Shown one piece after another: positions 1 through 8,839 of a stretch of DNA of 38,550 bases (within the stretch, counting starts at the first letter, position 1; every line of letters starts with the position of its first letter). The translations under genes and the position numbers were made by a program. Origin of the DNA: a virus; IMG/VR virus record IMGVR_UViG_3300029612_000021. One strand, given 5' to 3'. The notes below the pieces were generated by a model. That model did no database searches and was not told the origin of the DNA. It saw only the letters and a program-made list of their open reading frames with translations.

Positions 1-99
1 GAGGTTACATTCTCGTAGAGGCCCGGACGACAAAGTACGGGTATCAATATTATAAGTATGTAGTCGACCCAAGATCAGAGAACAAGCGGAACGGGAGCC
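1..99. repeat. terminal direct repeat, copy 1 (99 bp, identical to 38452-38550)
   Basis: Compared base by base: gaggttacattctcgtagagg...gaacgggagcc occurs at both ends. Confidence 0.97.
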
Positions 100-110
100 G
101 CTTAAATTAA
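1..110 (+). CDS. 3' end of the HUH Rep-like gene that starts at 37794 (wraps the junction)
   Basis: The reading frame from 38550 continues as ...NGSRLN, with TAA at 108-110. Confidence 0.8.
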   Translation, partial: GYILVEARTTKYGYQYYKYVVDPRSENKRNGSRLN

Positions 111-160
111 ACCTTGTATATGCGTAAGGTTTTAGAACGAAGCAGGAAGGAAGTGGGAAA

Positions 161-571
161 GTGTCAAAGCCGAGATACTGGTGGTACGGGAATGTCTGCC
201 GCACCATCGGCGAATACCCGAAACTGAGCCGACAGGTTCGGGATATGAGCCGGCAGAAGATCACGCCGGGATATTCCTCACAGCCAGGCGGGCAATCCTC
301 CGGCCGCGCCGTCGAGGACATTGCAGTGCGCGTCCTGTCCTCACGGGAGTACGAGGACTACACAGCGATCCAGTCCGCCATCAACACCGTGCAGACCTGG
401 CGGGACGGCGGCGATGTGCTGGAGATCGTGCGCCTGCATACATGGATCTGGCCGCGCGAGAGTCTGGAGTCCGCTGCCAGACAGGTACACGTGAGCACAT
501 CCACGGCCAAGCGGATGTACAGCCGCTTTGTCTACGAGGCAGCGCGGGCAATGGGCTACCGCAAAAGTTGA
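161..571 (+). CDS. putative late-gene transcriptional activator (RinA/ArpU-like, C-terminal sigma-70 region-4-type HTH)
   Basis: 136-aa ORF with GTG start after GGAAGGAAGTGGGAAA. It sits just upstream of HNH and terminase. The C-terminal segment LESAARQVHVSTSTAKRMYSRFV looks like an HTH. Confidence 0.5.
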   Translation: MSKPRYWWYGNVCRTIGEYPKLSRQVRDMSRQKITPGYSSQPGGQSSGRAVEDIAVRVLSSREYEDYTAIQSAINTVQTWRDGGDVLEIVRLHTWIWPRESLESAARQVHVSTSTAKRMYSRFVYEAARAMGYRKS

Positions 572-629
572 GCTAACAGAGCCTAAAATCTGTGCTACAG
601 TGATAGCGTGAAGAATTGGAGGGAACAGG

Positions 630-962
630 ATGCAGCCATGGGCCGCACGCTTTTACGCCTCCGCGCGCTGGAAGAAATGCCGCGCCGGGTATATCAAGTT
701 CCGCCGGACCATCGACGGCGGGCTGTGCGAAGAATGCAGGGAAAAGCCGGGCTACATCGTCCATCACAAGCGGGCGCTCACGCCGGACAACATCACCGAC
801 CCGGACGTCAGCCTGTCCTACTCCAACCTCGAGTACGTCTGTAAAGACTGTCACGATCAGTTCGACGGTCACGGCGTCGCAAAATCTCTGACGCAAAAAA
901 TTTTCTTCGACGCCGCCGGAGACCCGATCCCCCCCGTCGCGCGAGGCCGGGGCGCCGGCTAG
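630..962 (+). CDS. HNH endonuclease (packaging-associated)
   Basis: CEEC...IVHHK...NLEYVCKDCHD matches an HNH/zinc motif. It lies next to the terminase genes, as in cos-type HNH phages. Confidence 0.85.
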   Translation: MQPWAARFYASARWKKCRAGYIKFRRTIDGGLCEECREKPGYIVHHKRALTPDNITDPDVSLSYSNLEYVCKDCHDQFDGHGVAKSLTQKIFFDAAGDPIPPVARGRGAG

Positions 963-1093
963 ATCACCGCACGCCCTACCTCAGAAGAATACGCAGACTG
1001 TTCGCGAGGCCCCCCTGCTTTGAAGCGGCGATAAGTAATCCACGCGCACGCGTGAGCAGGAGGCAAAAATCACGCAAAAAGGAGGCGTTTTCT

Positions 1094-1474
1094 GTGGCAA
1101 ATCAGCGTGAAAAGACCAAAGAACAGAGGATCCGCGCGGAGAAAGCGCGTCTGAAAAAGCTTTACCGGAATCTGCCGAAGGAAGCGGCCGGAACTGTCGC
1201 AGGCCTCATCGATCAGGCAGCCTTTATGCGCATCGAGTGCGAGGACATGGCGGACGACCTGCGGGAAAACGGCTGGACAGAGAAATTCCAGCAGTCGGAG
1301 CGACTGGAGCCCTATGACCGCGCCCGGCCGATCGGGCAGGCGTACAACTCCACGAACGCGAACTACCAGAAGATCATCAAGCAGCTCACGGCGCTCCTGC
1401 CGAAGCCGGACACCGCGCCGAAGCAGGAGGACGACGGCTTTGCAAGCTTTGTCCGGGAGCGTGACGAGGAATGA
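1094..1474 (+). CDS. putative terminase small subunit
   Basis: The ORF is directly upstream of the large terminase and overlaps it (ATGA). I prefer the GTG at 1094 because it follows AAAGGAGG. The alternative GTG at 1052 has no SD. Confidence 0.6.
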   Translation: MANQREKTKEQRIRAEKARLKKLYRNLPKEAAGTVAGLIDQAAFMRIECEDMADDLRENGWTEKFQQSERLEPYDRARPIGQAYNSTNANYQKIIKQLTALLPKPDTAPKQEDDGFASFVRERDEE

Positions 1475-3228
1475 AACTCACGCGCTACCCGGCGACCTAC
1501 AACCCAATCCTCGAATACTGGCAGGCCATACAGGACGGCCGCGAAGTCGTCAGTCTCAAGGTGCAGAAGACCTACAGACATGTGGTCGCGCAGCTTGAAA
1601 ACGCGGATTCCGAGTTTTATTATTCCCCGCGCCGGGCAAACCACGTCCTCGAATTTTTTGAAAACTACTGCCACCACTCCAAGGGCAAGGCGGGCGGCCA
1701 GCTCGTCCGGCTGGAGCTATGGGAAAAAGCACTGCTGGCGACTGTCTTCGGGTTTATCGACATCGAGGGCAACCGCCAGTACCGAGAGGCCATCCTCATC
1801 GTCGGCAAGAAAAACGGCAAATCGCTGCTGGCCTCCGGCGTCGGCCTGTATTTGCAGCTGGCGGACGGCGAAGCAGGCCCGGAAGTCTACGCGGTAGCCA
1901 CAAAGCGGGACCAGGCGAAGATCATCTGGCAGGAAGCAAAGCGGATGGTGCAGAAATCACCGGCGCTGCGCAAACGAACGCGCTGTCTGGTCGGCGAGGT
2001 GGACAGCGATTATAACGACGGCGTATTCAAGCCGCTGTCCTCTGACAGCGACACGCTAGACGGCCTGAATATCCACGGGGCCATGATGGACGAGATCCAT
2101 CAGTGGAAAAACGGCAGACCGCTGTACGACATCATTGCCGACGGCGATCAGGCCCGCGCGCAGCCGCTGCGATTCATCACCTCCACAGCCGGCACCATTC
2201 GAGAAGACATCTACGACGAGAAATACGAAGAAGCCGAGCGCATCATCAACGGCTACGAAGATCCGGACGGGTACCACGACCCGCGCCGGATCGCGTTTAT
2301 TTACGAGCTCGACAAGCGCAGCGAGTGGACGGCCCCGGACTGCTGGAAAAAGGCAAATCCGGGCCTCGGGACGATCAAGAGCTACACGGCGCTGAAAGAG
2401 CGGGTCGAGCGGGCGGAGAAAAACCCGGCCCTCGTCCGAAACCTCGTCTGCAAGGATTTCAACATCCGCGAGACCTCCAGCGAAGCCTGGCTCAACTTCG
2501 AGCAGCTCGACAACCGCGACACCTTCCAGCTCGACAAGGAAAACCGCCGCCTGATCTGGCAGCACCACATGGCGGACGGCAAGACGCAGGAGCGCGTGCT
2601 TTCCTACCCGCGATACGGCATCGGCGGCGCGGACCTCTCCAAGACCACTGACCTGACGGCGGCAAAGGTCCTGTTCCAGGTGCCGGAGCTGCCGGAGATC
2701 CTGTTTGTGCTGCAGATGTACTGGCTGCCGCAGGACCTTTTGGAAAAGCGCGTCACGGAGGACAAGATCCCATACGACAAGTGGCATGAGCGAGGGCTGC
2801 TCCGCCTGTCAGAGGGCAACAAGATCCGCTATGAGGACGTCAAAGCATGGTTCATCGAGGTGCAGGAAGACCTCGATATTTTTATCCCCTTTATCGGGTA
2901 TGATGCGTGGTCTGCGTCTTATTGGGTGGACAGCATGGCGGACTATTTCGGGAAAGAGGCCATGATCGCCGTGCATCAGGGGGTCAAGACCCTGTCCGAG
3001 CCCATGAAGCGCTGCGGAAACGACCTCGAATCCAAGCGCATTATTTACAATAACCACCCGATCGACAAATGGAACCTCGCAAACACAGCCTATGACGAGG
3101 ACAAAAACGGCAATATTCAGCCGCACAAAACGAGCAAGTCCACGCGCCGCATTGACGGAACGGCGGCCCTGCTCGACGCCTACACGATCTACGACCAGAA
3201 GCAGGCGGAATACACCAGTATGCTCTAG
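1471..3228 (+). CDS. terL: terminase large subunit
   Basis: 585 aa. Walker A-like VGKKNGKS, then a nuclease-type C-terminal half. Canonical position. Confidence 0.93.
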   Translation: MKLTRYPATYNPILEYWQAIQDGREVVSLKVQKTYRHVVAQLENADSEFYYSPRRANHVLEFFENYCHHSKGKAGGQLVRLELWEKALLATVFGFIDIEGNRQYREAILIVGKKNGKSLLASGVGLYLQLADGEAGPEVYAVATKRDQAKIIWQEAKRMVQKSPALRKRTRCLVGEVDSDYNDGVFKPLSSDSDTLDGLNIHGAMMDEIHQWKNGRPLYDIIADGDQARAQPLRFITSTAGTIREDIYDEKYEEAERIINGYEDPDGYHDPRRIAFIYELDKRSEWTAPDCWKKANPGLGTIKSYTALKERVERAEKNPALVRNLVCKDFNIRETSSEAWLNFEQLDNRDTFQLDKENRRLIWQHHMADGKTQERVLSYPRYGIGGADLSKTTDLTAAKVLFQVPELPEILFVLQMYWLPQDLLEKRVTEDKIPYDKWHERGLLRLSEGNKIRYEDVKAWFIEVQEDLDIFIPFIGYDAWSASYWVDSMADYFGKEAMIAVHQGVKTLSEPMKRCGNDLESKRIIYNNHPIDKWNLANTAYDEDKNGNIQPHKTSKSTRRIDGTAALLDAYTIYDQKQAEYTSML

Positions 3229-3238
3229 GAGTGACAAC

Positions 3239-4432
3239 ATGGGATTTTTGAAAAACCTCCTGACGAATATCACGACCACCAAGCGCGTCTCGACCGTCCA
3301 GATGGTGCAGGAGCGCGGGAATGGCTTTTACAGCTACAACGGCAAAATGTATCAGTCAGACATCGTCCGCGCCTGCATCCGGCCCAAGATCAAGGCCATC
3401 GGCAAGCTGACGGCCAAGCACATCCGGGAGACCATCACCGCCCAGACGCGAAAGATCGCCGTCAACCCGGAGCCGTACATCCGCTTCCTGCTCGAAGAGC
3501 CGAACCAGTACATGACCGGCCAGATGCTGCAGGAAAAGCTGGCCGCACAGCTGGTCCTCAACAACAACGCCTTCGCCGTGATCCTCCGGGATGAAAACGG
3601 CCTGCCGAACGCCATCTTCCCAGTCGCGGCCATGCAGGCAGACGCCGTTTACGACGCGGGAGGCAACCTGTACCTGAAATTTTACATGCAGAACGGCAAT
3701 GTGCTGACGTTTGCCTATGACGACATCATTCACCTGCGCGGGGATTTCTACGAGAACGACATCTTCGGCGACCCCATCGCCCCGGCCATCGTGCCGCTCA
3801 TGGAGATCGTCACAACGACGGATCAGGGCATTGTAAAGGCCATCCGAAACAGCGCCGTGATTCGCTGGTTGCTGATGTTCGCCGCGTCCATGCGCCCGGA
3901 GGACGTGAAGCAGCGCGCGCAGGACTTCGCGGACAGTTTCCTGAACGTGACTAACGGCACGGGCGTCGCGGCCGTCGACGCAAAGGCCGAGGCCAAGCAG
4001 ATCGACCCCAAGGACTACGTCCCGAACGCCGCCCAGATGGATAAGACCACGCAGCGCATCTATGCCCTGTTCAATACCAATCCGCACATCGTCACATCCA
4101 TTGCGACGGAGGATGAGCAGAACGCCTATTTTGACGCCGAGATCGAGCCGGTTTTGAAGCAGCTGAGCGGCGAGTACACCCGCAAGCTCTTCTCCCGTCG
4201 CGAGCGTGGCTGCGGCAACCGCATCGTCTTTGAGGCGTCCGCGTGGGACTTCGCCTCGACCTCGACCAAGCTCAACCTCCTGCAGATGGTCGACCGCGGC
4301 GCGCTGACGCCGAACGAATGGCGCCGCGCCTTTAACCTCGCGCCGGTCGACGGCGGCGACAAGCCAATCCGGCGGCTCGATACGCAGCCGGTCAATCAGA
4401 ATACCAACCAGAAGGGAGATGAAACCACATGA
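3239..4432 (+). CDS. portal protein (HK97-type)
   Basis: 397 aa from the ATG at 3239, which follows AGGAG. The longer ORF-track start at 3092 overlaps terL and is unlikely. Position and size are typical. Confidence 0.88.
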   Translation: MGFLKNLLTNITTTKRVSTVQMVQERGNGFYSYNGKMYQSDIVRACIRPKIKAIGKLTAKHIRETITAQTRKIAVNPEPYIRFLLEEPNQYMTGQMLQEKLAAQLVLNNNAFAVILRDENGLPNAIFPVAAMQADAVYDAGGNLYLKFYMQNGNVLTFAYDDIIHLRGDFYENDIFGDPIAPAIVPLMEIVTTTDQGIVKAIRNSAVIRWLLMFAASMRPEDVKQRAQDFADSFLNVTNGTGVAAVDAKAEAKQIDPKDYVPNAAQMDKTTQRIYALFNTNPHIVTSIATEDEQNAYFDAEIEPVLKQLSGEYTRKLFSRRERGCGNRIVFEASAWDFASTSTKLNLLQMVDRGALTPNEWRRAFNLAPVDGGDKPIRRLDTQPVNQNTNQKGDETT

Positions 4433-5124
4433 AGATCAGCATTCGCGGGCCAATCGTATCAAGCAATCAGCACCGCTTCTATCAGTTTTACGGAATGGAG
4501 GCGACGAGCCCTAAATCCGTAGCCGACGCTCTTGCATCCGGAAACGGCGAGCGGGCCGAAGTCGAGATCAATTCCGGCGGCGGCGAGATCTTCGCCGCAA
4601 GCGAGATCTACACCGCCCTGCGCAGCTACGCCGGAGGCGTCCACATCCGCATTGTAGGCCTCGCAGCTTCGGCCGCGTCCATCATCGCCATGGCGGGAGA
4701 ATCAGAGATGACGCCGACCGGCATGATGATGATCCACAACGTCCAGACAGAGGCCAGCGGAGATTACCGTCAGATGGAGCACACCGCAGGGACGCTGCGC
4801 GACGCAAATCACGCGATATCCTCGGCCTACGTCGCCAAGACCGGCAGGCCGGAAGCGGAGATCGCCGCCATGATGGACGCAGAAACATGGATCACAGCGG
4901 AGCGGGCCGTAGAGCTCGGCCTCGTCGACCGCATCATGCAGCCGGATGGAGAGCAAAAACCGCTGGCCGCGGATTTTTATTCCGGCATGCTCAGCGAAAA
5001 CGCGCTCCGGCGCGCGGAAAACTTTTTAAAAGGTCAGGCCGCAGAGCCTGATTTTTTTATGCCCGAACGGGCGCAGGCAGAAGCAAAACTGAAATTTTTA
5101 AAACTCAAAGGAGAATTGAAATGA
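4429..5124 (+). CDS. ClpP-like prohead (head maturation) protease
   Basis: INSGGGEIFAASEIY...GLAASAASIIAMAG...MMIHN is ClpP/S14-like. It lies between portal and capsid and shows ATGA coupling. Confidence 0.9.
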   Translation: MKISIRGPIVSSNQHRFYQFYGMEATSPKSVADALASGNGERAEVEINSGGGEIFAASEIYTALRSYAGGVHIRIVGLAASAASIIAMAGESEMTPTGMMMIHNVQTEASGDYRQMEHTAGTLRDANHAISSAYVAKTGRPEAEIAAMMDAETWITAERAVELGLVDRIMQPDGEQKPLAADFYSGMLSENALRRAENFLKGQAAEPDFFMPERAQAEAKLKFLKLKGELK

Positions 5125-6332
5125 CAAAGGAAATTTACAACATCCAGCGCCAAAAGCTCATGGACGACGCCCAGAAGCTGCTGGACGAAAGCAAGACCGC
5201 AGAGGCACAGGCCAAGATGAAAGAAGTCGAGGCCCTCGACGCCAAGTTTGAGGAGGAAGCCAAGATCCAGGCGAACCTCAACGCACTTGCGGGTCAGAAG
5301 GTTGCGGCACCGGCTGCGGCGGCACAGTCCGTCGACCTGTCCGGCACGGCAAAGACTCCGGACGTGCTCGACCGGTACGACACCGACGAGTACAAGCGGG
5401 CCTTTATGAACTACGTCCTGACCGGAAAGAAGATCCCCGCGGAGCTGACCAACGTGGACGCAAACACCAAGACCTCCGACGTTGGCGCGGCCATCCCGAC
5501 CACGACGCTGCAGAAGATCTACGAGAAGATCGAAGCGACCGGCATGATCCTGCCGCGCGTGACGCACACGTCCTACAAGGGCGGCGTAACCGTCCCGACC
5601 AGCTCCGCCAAGCCGACGGCCTCCTGGGTTGCCGAGGGCGTAGGATCCGACAAGCAGAAGAAGGCGCTCGGCTCCATCACGTTCGCCTACCACAAGCTGC
5701 GCTGCGCGATCTCCATGTCGCTTGAGGTCTCCATCGTGACCTACCCGATGTTTGAGTCGCAGTTTGTCGCCAACGTGGCCGAGGCCATGGTCAAGGCCGA
5801 GGAACAGTCCATCATCAGCGGATCCGGCTCCGGCCAGCCGAAGGGCATCACCAAGGAAACCGTCGTGACCGGCCAGAACATCGACATCGCTGCCGCAACG
5901 ACCGCGCTGGCGTACACCGATCTGGTCAAGGCAGAGGCCGCGCTGCCGCAGGCTTACGACGCAGACGCCGTCTGGTGCATGTCGAAGAAGACCTTCTTCG
6001 AGCAGATCGTCGGCATGGTCGACGACAAGAAGCAGCCCGTCGCCCGCGTCAACTACGGACTCAGCGGCAAGCCGGTCTACTCGCTCTTTGGCCGAGAGGT
6101 CGTCCTCGTCGGCGACTATCTGCCGTCCTTCACGGCGAGCGTGACCGCGGACACAATCTTTGCGTTCATTTTCAATTTCAAGGACTACCTCTGGAACGAA
6201 AATCTTGGCATGACCTTCCGCAAGTACACCGACAACGCGACCGACGACGAGGTCACCGTCGCGCTGGCGCTCGTCGACGGTAAGGTCGTCGACAAGAACA
6301 GCCTTGTCACGCTGACCAAGAAGAAAGCCTGA
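5121..6332 (+). CDS. major capsid protein (HK97 fold family)
   Basis: 403 aa with an N-terminal coiled-coil delta-like region followed by a capsid-like body. It follows the protease. Confidence 0.9.
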   Translation: MTKEIYNIQRQKLMDDAQKLLDESKTAEAQAKMKEVEALDAKFEEEAKIQANLNALAGQKVAAPAAAAQSVDLSGTAKTPDVLDRYDTDEYKRAFMNYVLTGKKIPAELTNVDANTKTSDVGAAIPTTTLQKIYEKIEATGMILPRVTHTSYKGGVTVPTSSAKPTASWVAEGVGSDKQKKALGSITFAYHKLRCAISMSLEVSIVTYPMFESQFVANVAEAMVKAEEQSIISGSGSGQPKGITKETVVTGQNIDIAAATTALAYTDLVKAEAALPQAYDADAVWCMSKKTFFEQIVGMVDDKKQPVARVNYGLSGKPVYSLFGREVVLVGDYLPSFTASVTADTIFAFIFNFKDYLWNENLGMTFRKYTDNATDDEVTVALALVDGKVVDKNSLVTLTKKKA

Positions 6333-6362
6333 CGGCGCGCGGCCAACAGGGAGGGATAACCA

Positions 6363-6659
6363 ATGGCTTTGATCAACGTTGCAAAAACCGCCCTGCGGCT
6401 GACCACAAACGCCCTTGACGACGAGCTCGCCGACGAGATTGACGCCTGCCTCCTGCGCCTGCACCTTGCGGGCGCGGAGGGGGCGGACGAAGACCCGCTG
6501 GTCAAAGACGCCGTCCGAGCCTTCGTCCGCTGGCAGCATGACTTCTGCGGCCGCGGCGACGAATGGAAGACGTGCTTTGAGGAGCTGCGCGACGCGATGG
6601 GTCTGTCCGACGACTATTCGCCGGGCACCGAGGGAGGGGGCGCGTGCTGTGATCTTTGA
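6363..6659 (+). CDS. head-tail connector (gp6-like)
   Basis: 98 aa. The N-terminus ...AKTALRLTTNALDDELADEIDA... is typical of gp6-like connectors. Supported by position. Confidence 0.7.
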   Translation: MALINVAKTALRLTTNALDDELADEIDACLLRLHLAGAEGADEDPLVKDAVRAFVRWQHDFCGRGDEWKTCFEELRDAMGLSDDYSPGTEGGGACCDL

Positions 6660-6951
6660 CACCCAGATCACGCTGCGCCTGCTGTCCTACCCCATCGTGA
6701 GCGGGCAGACCACCGAAAAGCTCGAACGCGAGACCACCGTCTGGGCCGCCCGCAAGTCCGTAAACCGCGCCGAGTATTATCAGGCCGCGCAAGCCGGCAA
6801 GCGCACGGACGCAATTTTCCGCATGCACAGCGCGGAATACGGAGGCGAGCAGCAGCTCGTCTGCGGTTCCGACGTCTTTGACGTCATCCGCAGCTATGGC
6901 GCGGAGACGGAAGAAGTCGAGCTGACCTGCAAACGGAGGGACGGCGCATGA
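6649..6951 (+). CDS. head closure / head-tail adaptor protein
   Basis: GTG at 6649 follows GAGGGAGGGGG and overlaps the upstream stop. About 100 aa. Supported by position. Confidence 0.6.
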   Translation: MIFDTQITLRLLSYPIVSGQTTEKLERETTVWAARKSVNRAEYYQAAQAGKRTDAIFRMHSAEYGGEQQLVCGSDVFDVIRSYGAETEEVELTCKRRDGA

Positions 6952-7271
6952 TGATCTATGAGGCGCTGGCAGACCTGGGCGTACCGGTCTGCCACCCGCC
7001 ATACAAGGGCGGAGAAGAGACCTACATCACCTATCAGCTGCTCGGCCAGTCCGGCCAGATCTACGCCGAGGGCGGAGAGGCCGAGACCGGCGTGCAGTAC
7101 GCCGTTTCCATCTTTGCCGAGGGATTTGCCGCCGGGCTTTTAAAGCGCGTAAAAGCCGCGCTGGAGACAGCAGGCTACATCGCGACCGTCGACATGGAGA
7201 CCTACGACAAGGAGACGGGCCGCACGCAGATCGCGCTCATCGCCGAGACGGAGGGCGCAGCCTATGGCTAA
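6948..7271 (+). CDS. head-tail joining / tail completion protein (unassigned family)
   Basis: 107 aa, translationally coupled (ATGA) within the connector block. Confidence 0.5.
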   Translation: MMIYEALADLGVPVCHPPYKGGEETYITYQLLGQSGQIYAEGGEAETGVQYAVSIFAEGFAAGLLKRVKAALETAGYIATVDMETYDKETGRTQIALIAETEGAAYG

Positions 7272-7695
7272 CATCTCGATCACCGGTGTCGACGAGCTCA
7301 TGGCCACGCTCCAAAAAGCGAATGTCTTTGATGAGGACATGCAGAAGGAGCTCCTGTACGCCGCCGGGGATATCATCGTCGAGGAACTGCAAAAAATGGT
7401 CAAGGTGAGCGGGTTTAGGACCGAGGCATATGCATCCAGCGTGAAATACCGAAAAACCATCAAACGCGACAAAAACGGAGACCCGTACATCTCCATCACC
7501 GCAGTCGGCAAAAACGAGCACGGAACGCGCAGGGCGACCGTGCTTTTTGTTTTGAATTACGGCCGCGCGAAGGAGTACGGGCAGATCACAGGAACTTATT
7601 TTTGGACAAAGGGCGTCAGGAACGCGCAGAAGCGCGTAAACGCGGAGCTCGAAAAAATCCTTACACAAAAGCTGAAAGAAAGGGGACTTTTATAA
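7264..7695 (+). CDS. HK97 gp10-like tail-component protein
   Basis: 143 aa. The N-terminus MANISITGVDELMATLQK... resembles the HK97 gp10 family. It lies immediately before the major tail gene. Confidence 0.65.
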   Translation: MANISITGVDELMATLQKANVFDEDMQKELLYAAGDIIVEELQKMVKVSGFRTEAYASSVKYRKTIKRDKNGDPYISITAVGKNEHGTRRATVLFVLNYGRAKEYGQITGTYFWTKGVRNAQKRVNAELEKILTQKLKERGLL

Positions 7696-8258
7696 TGCCT
7701 CAGTTTGACTTGCGCGGCATGAAAGTCGCAAAATACCAGAATACAAACGGCGTGATCTCGTATGCTACGCCGGTCGCGCTCGGCGACGCGATGAATGTAA
7801 ACATCGATCTGCGCTTTGCGGAGGGCCGCCTGTACGCAGAATCCGTCCTTGCGGAGTACGTCCGCGAGCCGACCGGCGGCACGATCTCCGTTGGCACAAA
7901 GTACATCAAAAAGGACGCGGAGGTGCTTATGTTCGGCTGCACCGCCGAAACGGACAACGACGAGGTGGTATACACCGGCAAGGACAACGCCAATTACGTC
8001 GGCTACGGGGCATACGCGCCCGACAAGATCGACGGCGTGACGAAATTCACAGCGTTTTTTATCCACAAGACGATGTTCGGCCCTCCGGGCTACAGCCTCC
8101 AGACCAAAGGCGAGAATATCCAGTTTTCCACGCCGACGACATCCGGTGAATTCCTTCCAGACGACACCGAAAAGAAGAAAATGCTATCCCGCGCGACGCT
8201 TGCGACAGAGGCAGAGGCCATCGCTTGGATCGACGCGAAACTGGGGGTGACAGGCTAG
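7695..8258 (+). CDS. major tail protein
   Basis: 187 aa from the ATG at 7695 (TAATG coupling). It lies directly upstream of the chaperone pair and tape measure. Confidence 0.75.
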   Translation: MPQFDLRGMKVAKYQNTNGVISYATPVALGDAMNVNIDLRFAEGRLYAESVLAEYVREPTGGTISVGTKYIKKDAEVLMFGCTAETDNDEVVYTGKDNANYVGYGAYAPDKIDGVTKFTAFFIHKTMFGPPGYSLQTKGENIQFSTPTTSGEFLPDDTEKKKMLSRATLATEAEAIAWIDAKLGVTG

Positions 8259-8260
8259 TG

Positions 8261-8635
8261 ATGGAAACAACCAAGATAAAAACCGTTGACTACGAATTCG
8301 AGGGCCGGGTCTACCGGCTCTCCTGCAACATGAACGTCCTTGCCGACGTGCAGGACGAATACGACGGAAATCTGCTGCGCGCGCTGAATACGGTGCACGG
8401 CCTCAAAAGCACGCTGGCCTTCCTGGCCGCCATGCTGACCGACGCCGCAGACACGCAGGGCATCACCGACGAAAACGGCCTTCCGCTGCGCTTTACCAGC
8501 AAGCAGCTGGGCCGCGCGCTCACCATGCACCAGACGCTCGAGGCCGGGACGCGGATCTATCCGCTGATCCAGGCCGCAGTCGCACCGCCGGAGGGAGCAC
8601 CCGGTGAAAAAACGTCGGAAGACGAAAAAAACTGA
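8261..8635 (+). CDS. tail assembly chaperone (G-like, zero-frame product)
   Basis: 124 aa between the major tail and tape measure genes. It ends just after a slippery heptamer. Confidence 0.8.
   Translation: METTKIKTVDYEFEGRVYRLSCNMNVLADVQDEYDGNLLRALNTVHGLKSTLAFLAAMLTDAADTQGITDENGLPLRFTSKQLGRALTMHQTLEAGTRIYPLIQAAVAPPEGAPGEKTSEDEKN
8626..8632 (+). promoter_or_regulatory. -1 programmed ribosomal frameshift slippery site A_AAA_AAC
   Basis: Zero-frame codons are GAA AAA AAC TGA. The -1 frame is open from here to 8838. Confidence 0.7.
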
Positions 8636-8838
8636 CACCGCCGGGGAAACCGAAGCAGCTGGGCTTTGATTTCCCCGGCTTCCTCGCCATGTGGCTGTTC
8701 CGGCTGCGCCTGCCGGAGCGGGATTTCTGGAAGACCATGAGCCCGCACCGCCTGACGCTCATGCTGGACGCGCTGGAGCCGCCAAAAAAGCCGGAAGAGC
8801 CGCAGAGCCTCTCGGCCTACATCAACGGAGGCACGTAA
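8632..8838 (+). CDS. -1 frame extension of the tail chaperone (GT-like fusion C-terminus)
   Basis: The -1 frame reads LTPPGKPKQLGFDFPGFLAMWLFRLRLPERDFWKTM...YINGGT. Its TAA (8836-8838) is 1 nt before the tape measure ATG. Confidence 0.65.
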   Translation: MTPPGKPKQLGFDFPGFLAMWLFRLRLPERDFWKTMSPHRLTLMLDALEPPKKPEEPQSLSAYINGGT

Positions 8839-8839
8839 T

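Noticed and set aside
962-1093. The small inverted repeat CACGCG-CA-CGCGTG (about 1041-1054) as the cos site
   Set aside because: The location is plausible but nothing in the sequence alone identifies the cohesive ends. It is not called.
3092-3238. Longer N-terminal extensions offered by the ORF track. Examples are portal at 3092, major tail at 7602, chaperone at 8225, integrase at 25490, repressor at 28121, PAPS reductase at 30791 and the ORF at 34791.
   Set aside because: The extensions overlap the preceding gene, lack SD sequences and translate to low-complexity sequence. The internal starts have good SD sequences or ATGA/TAATG coupling.
5034-6671. 545-aa ORF on the minus strand opposite the capsid gene
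   Set aside because: It is a shadow ORF in GC-rich DNA. The composition is Arg/Gly/Val-rich and junk-like. There is no SD, and it overlaps strongly supported + strand genes.
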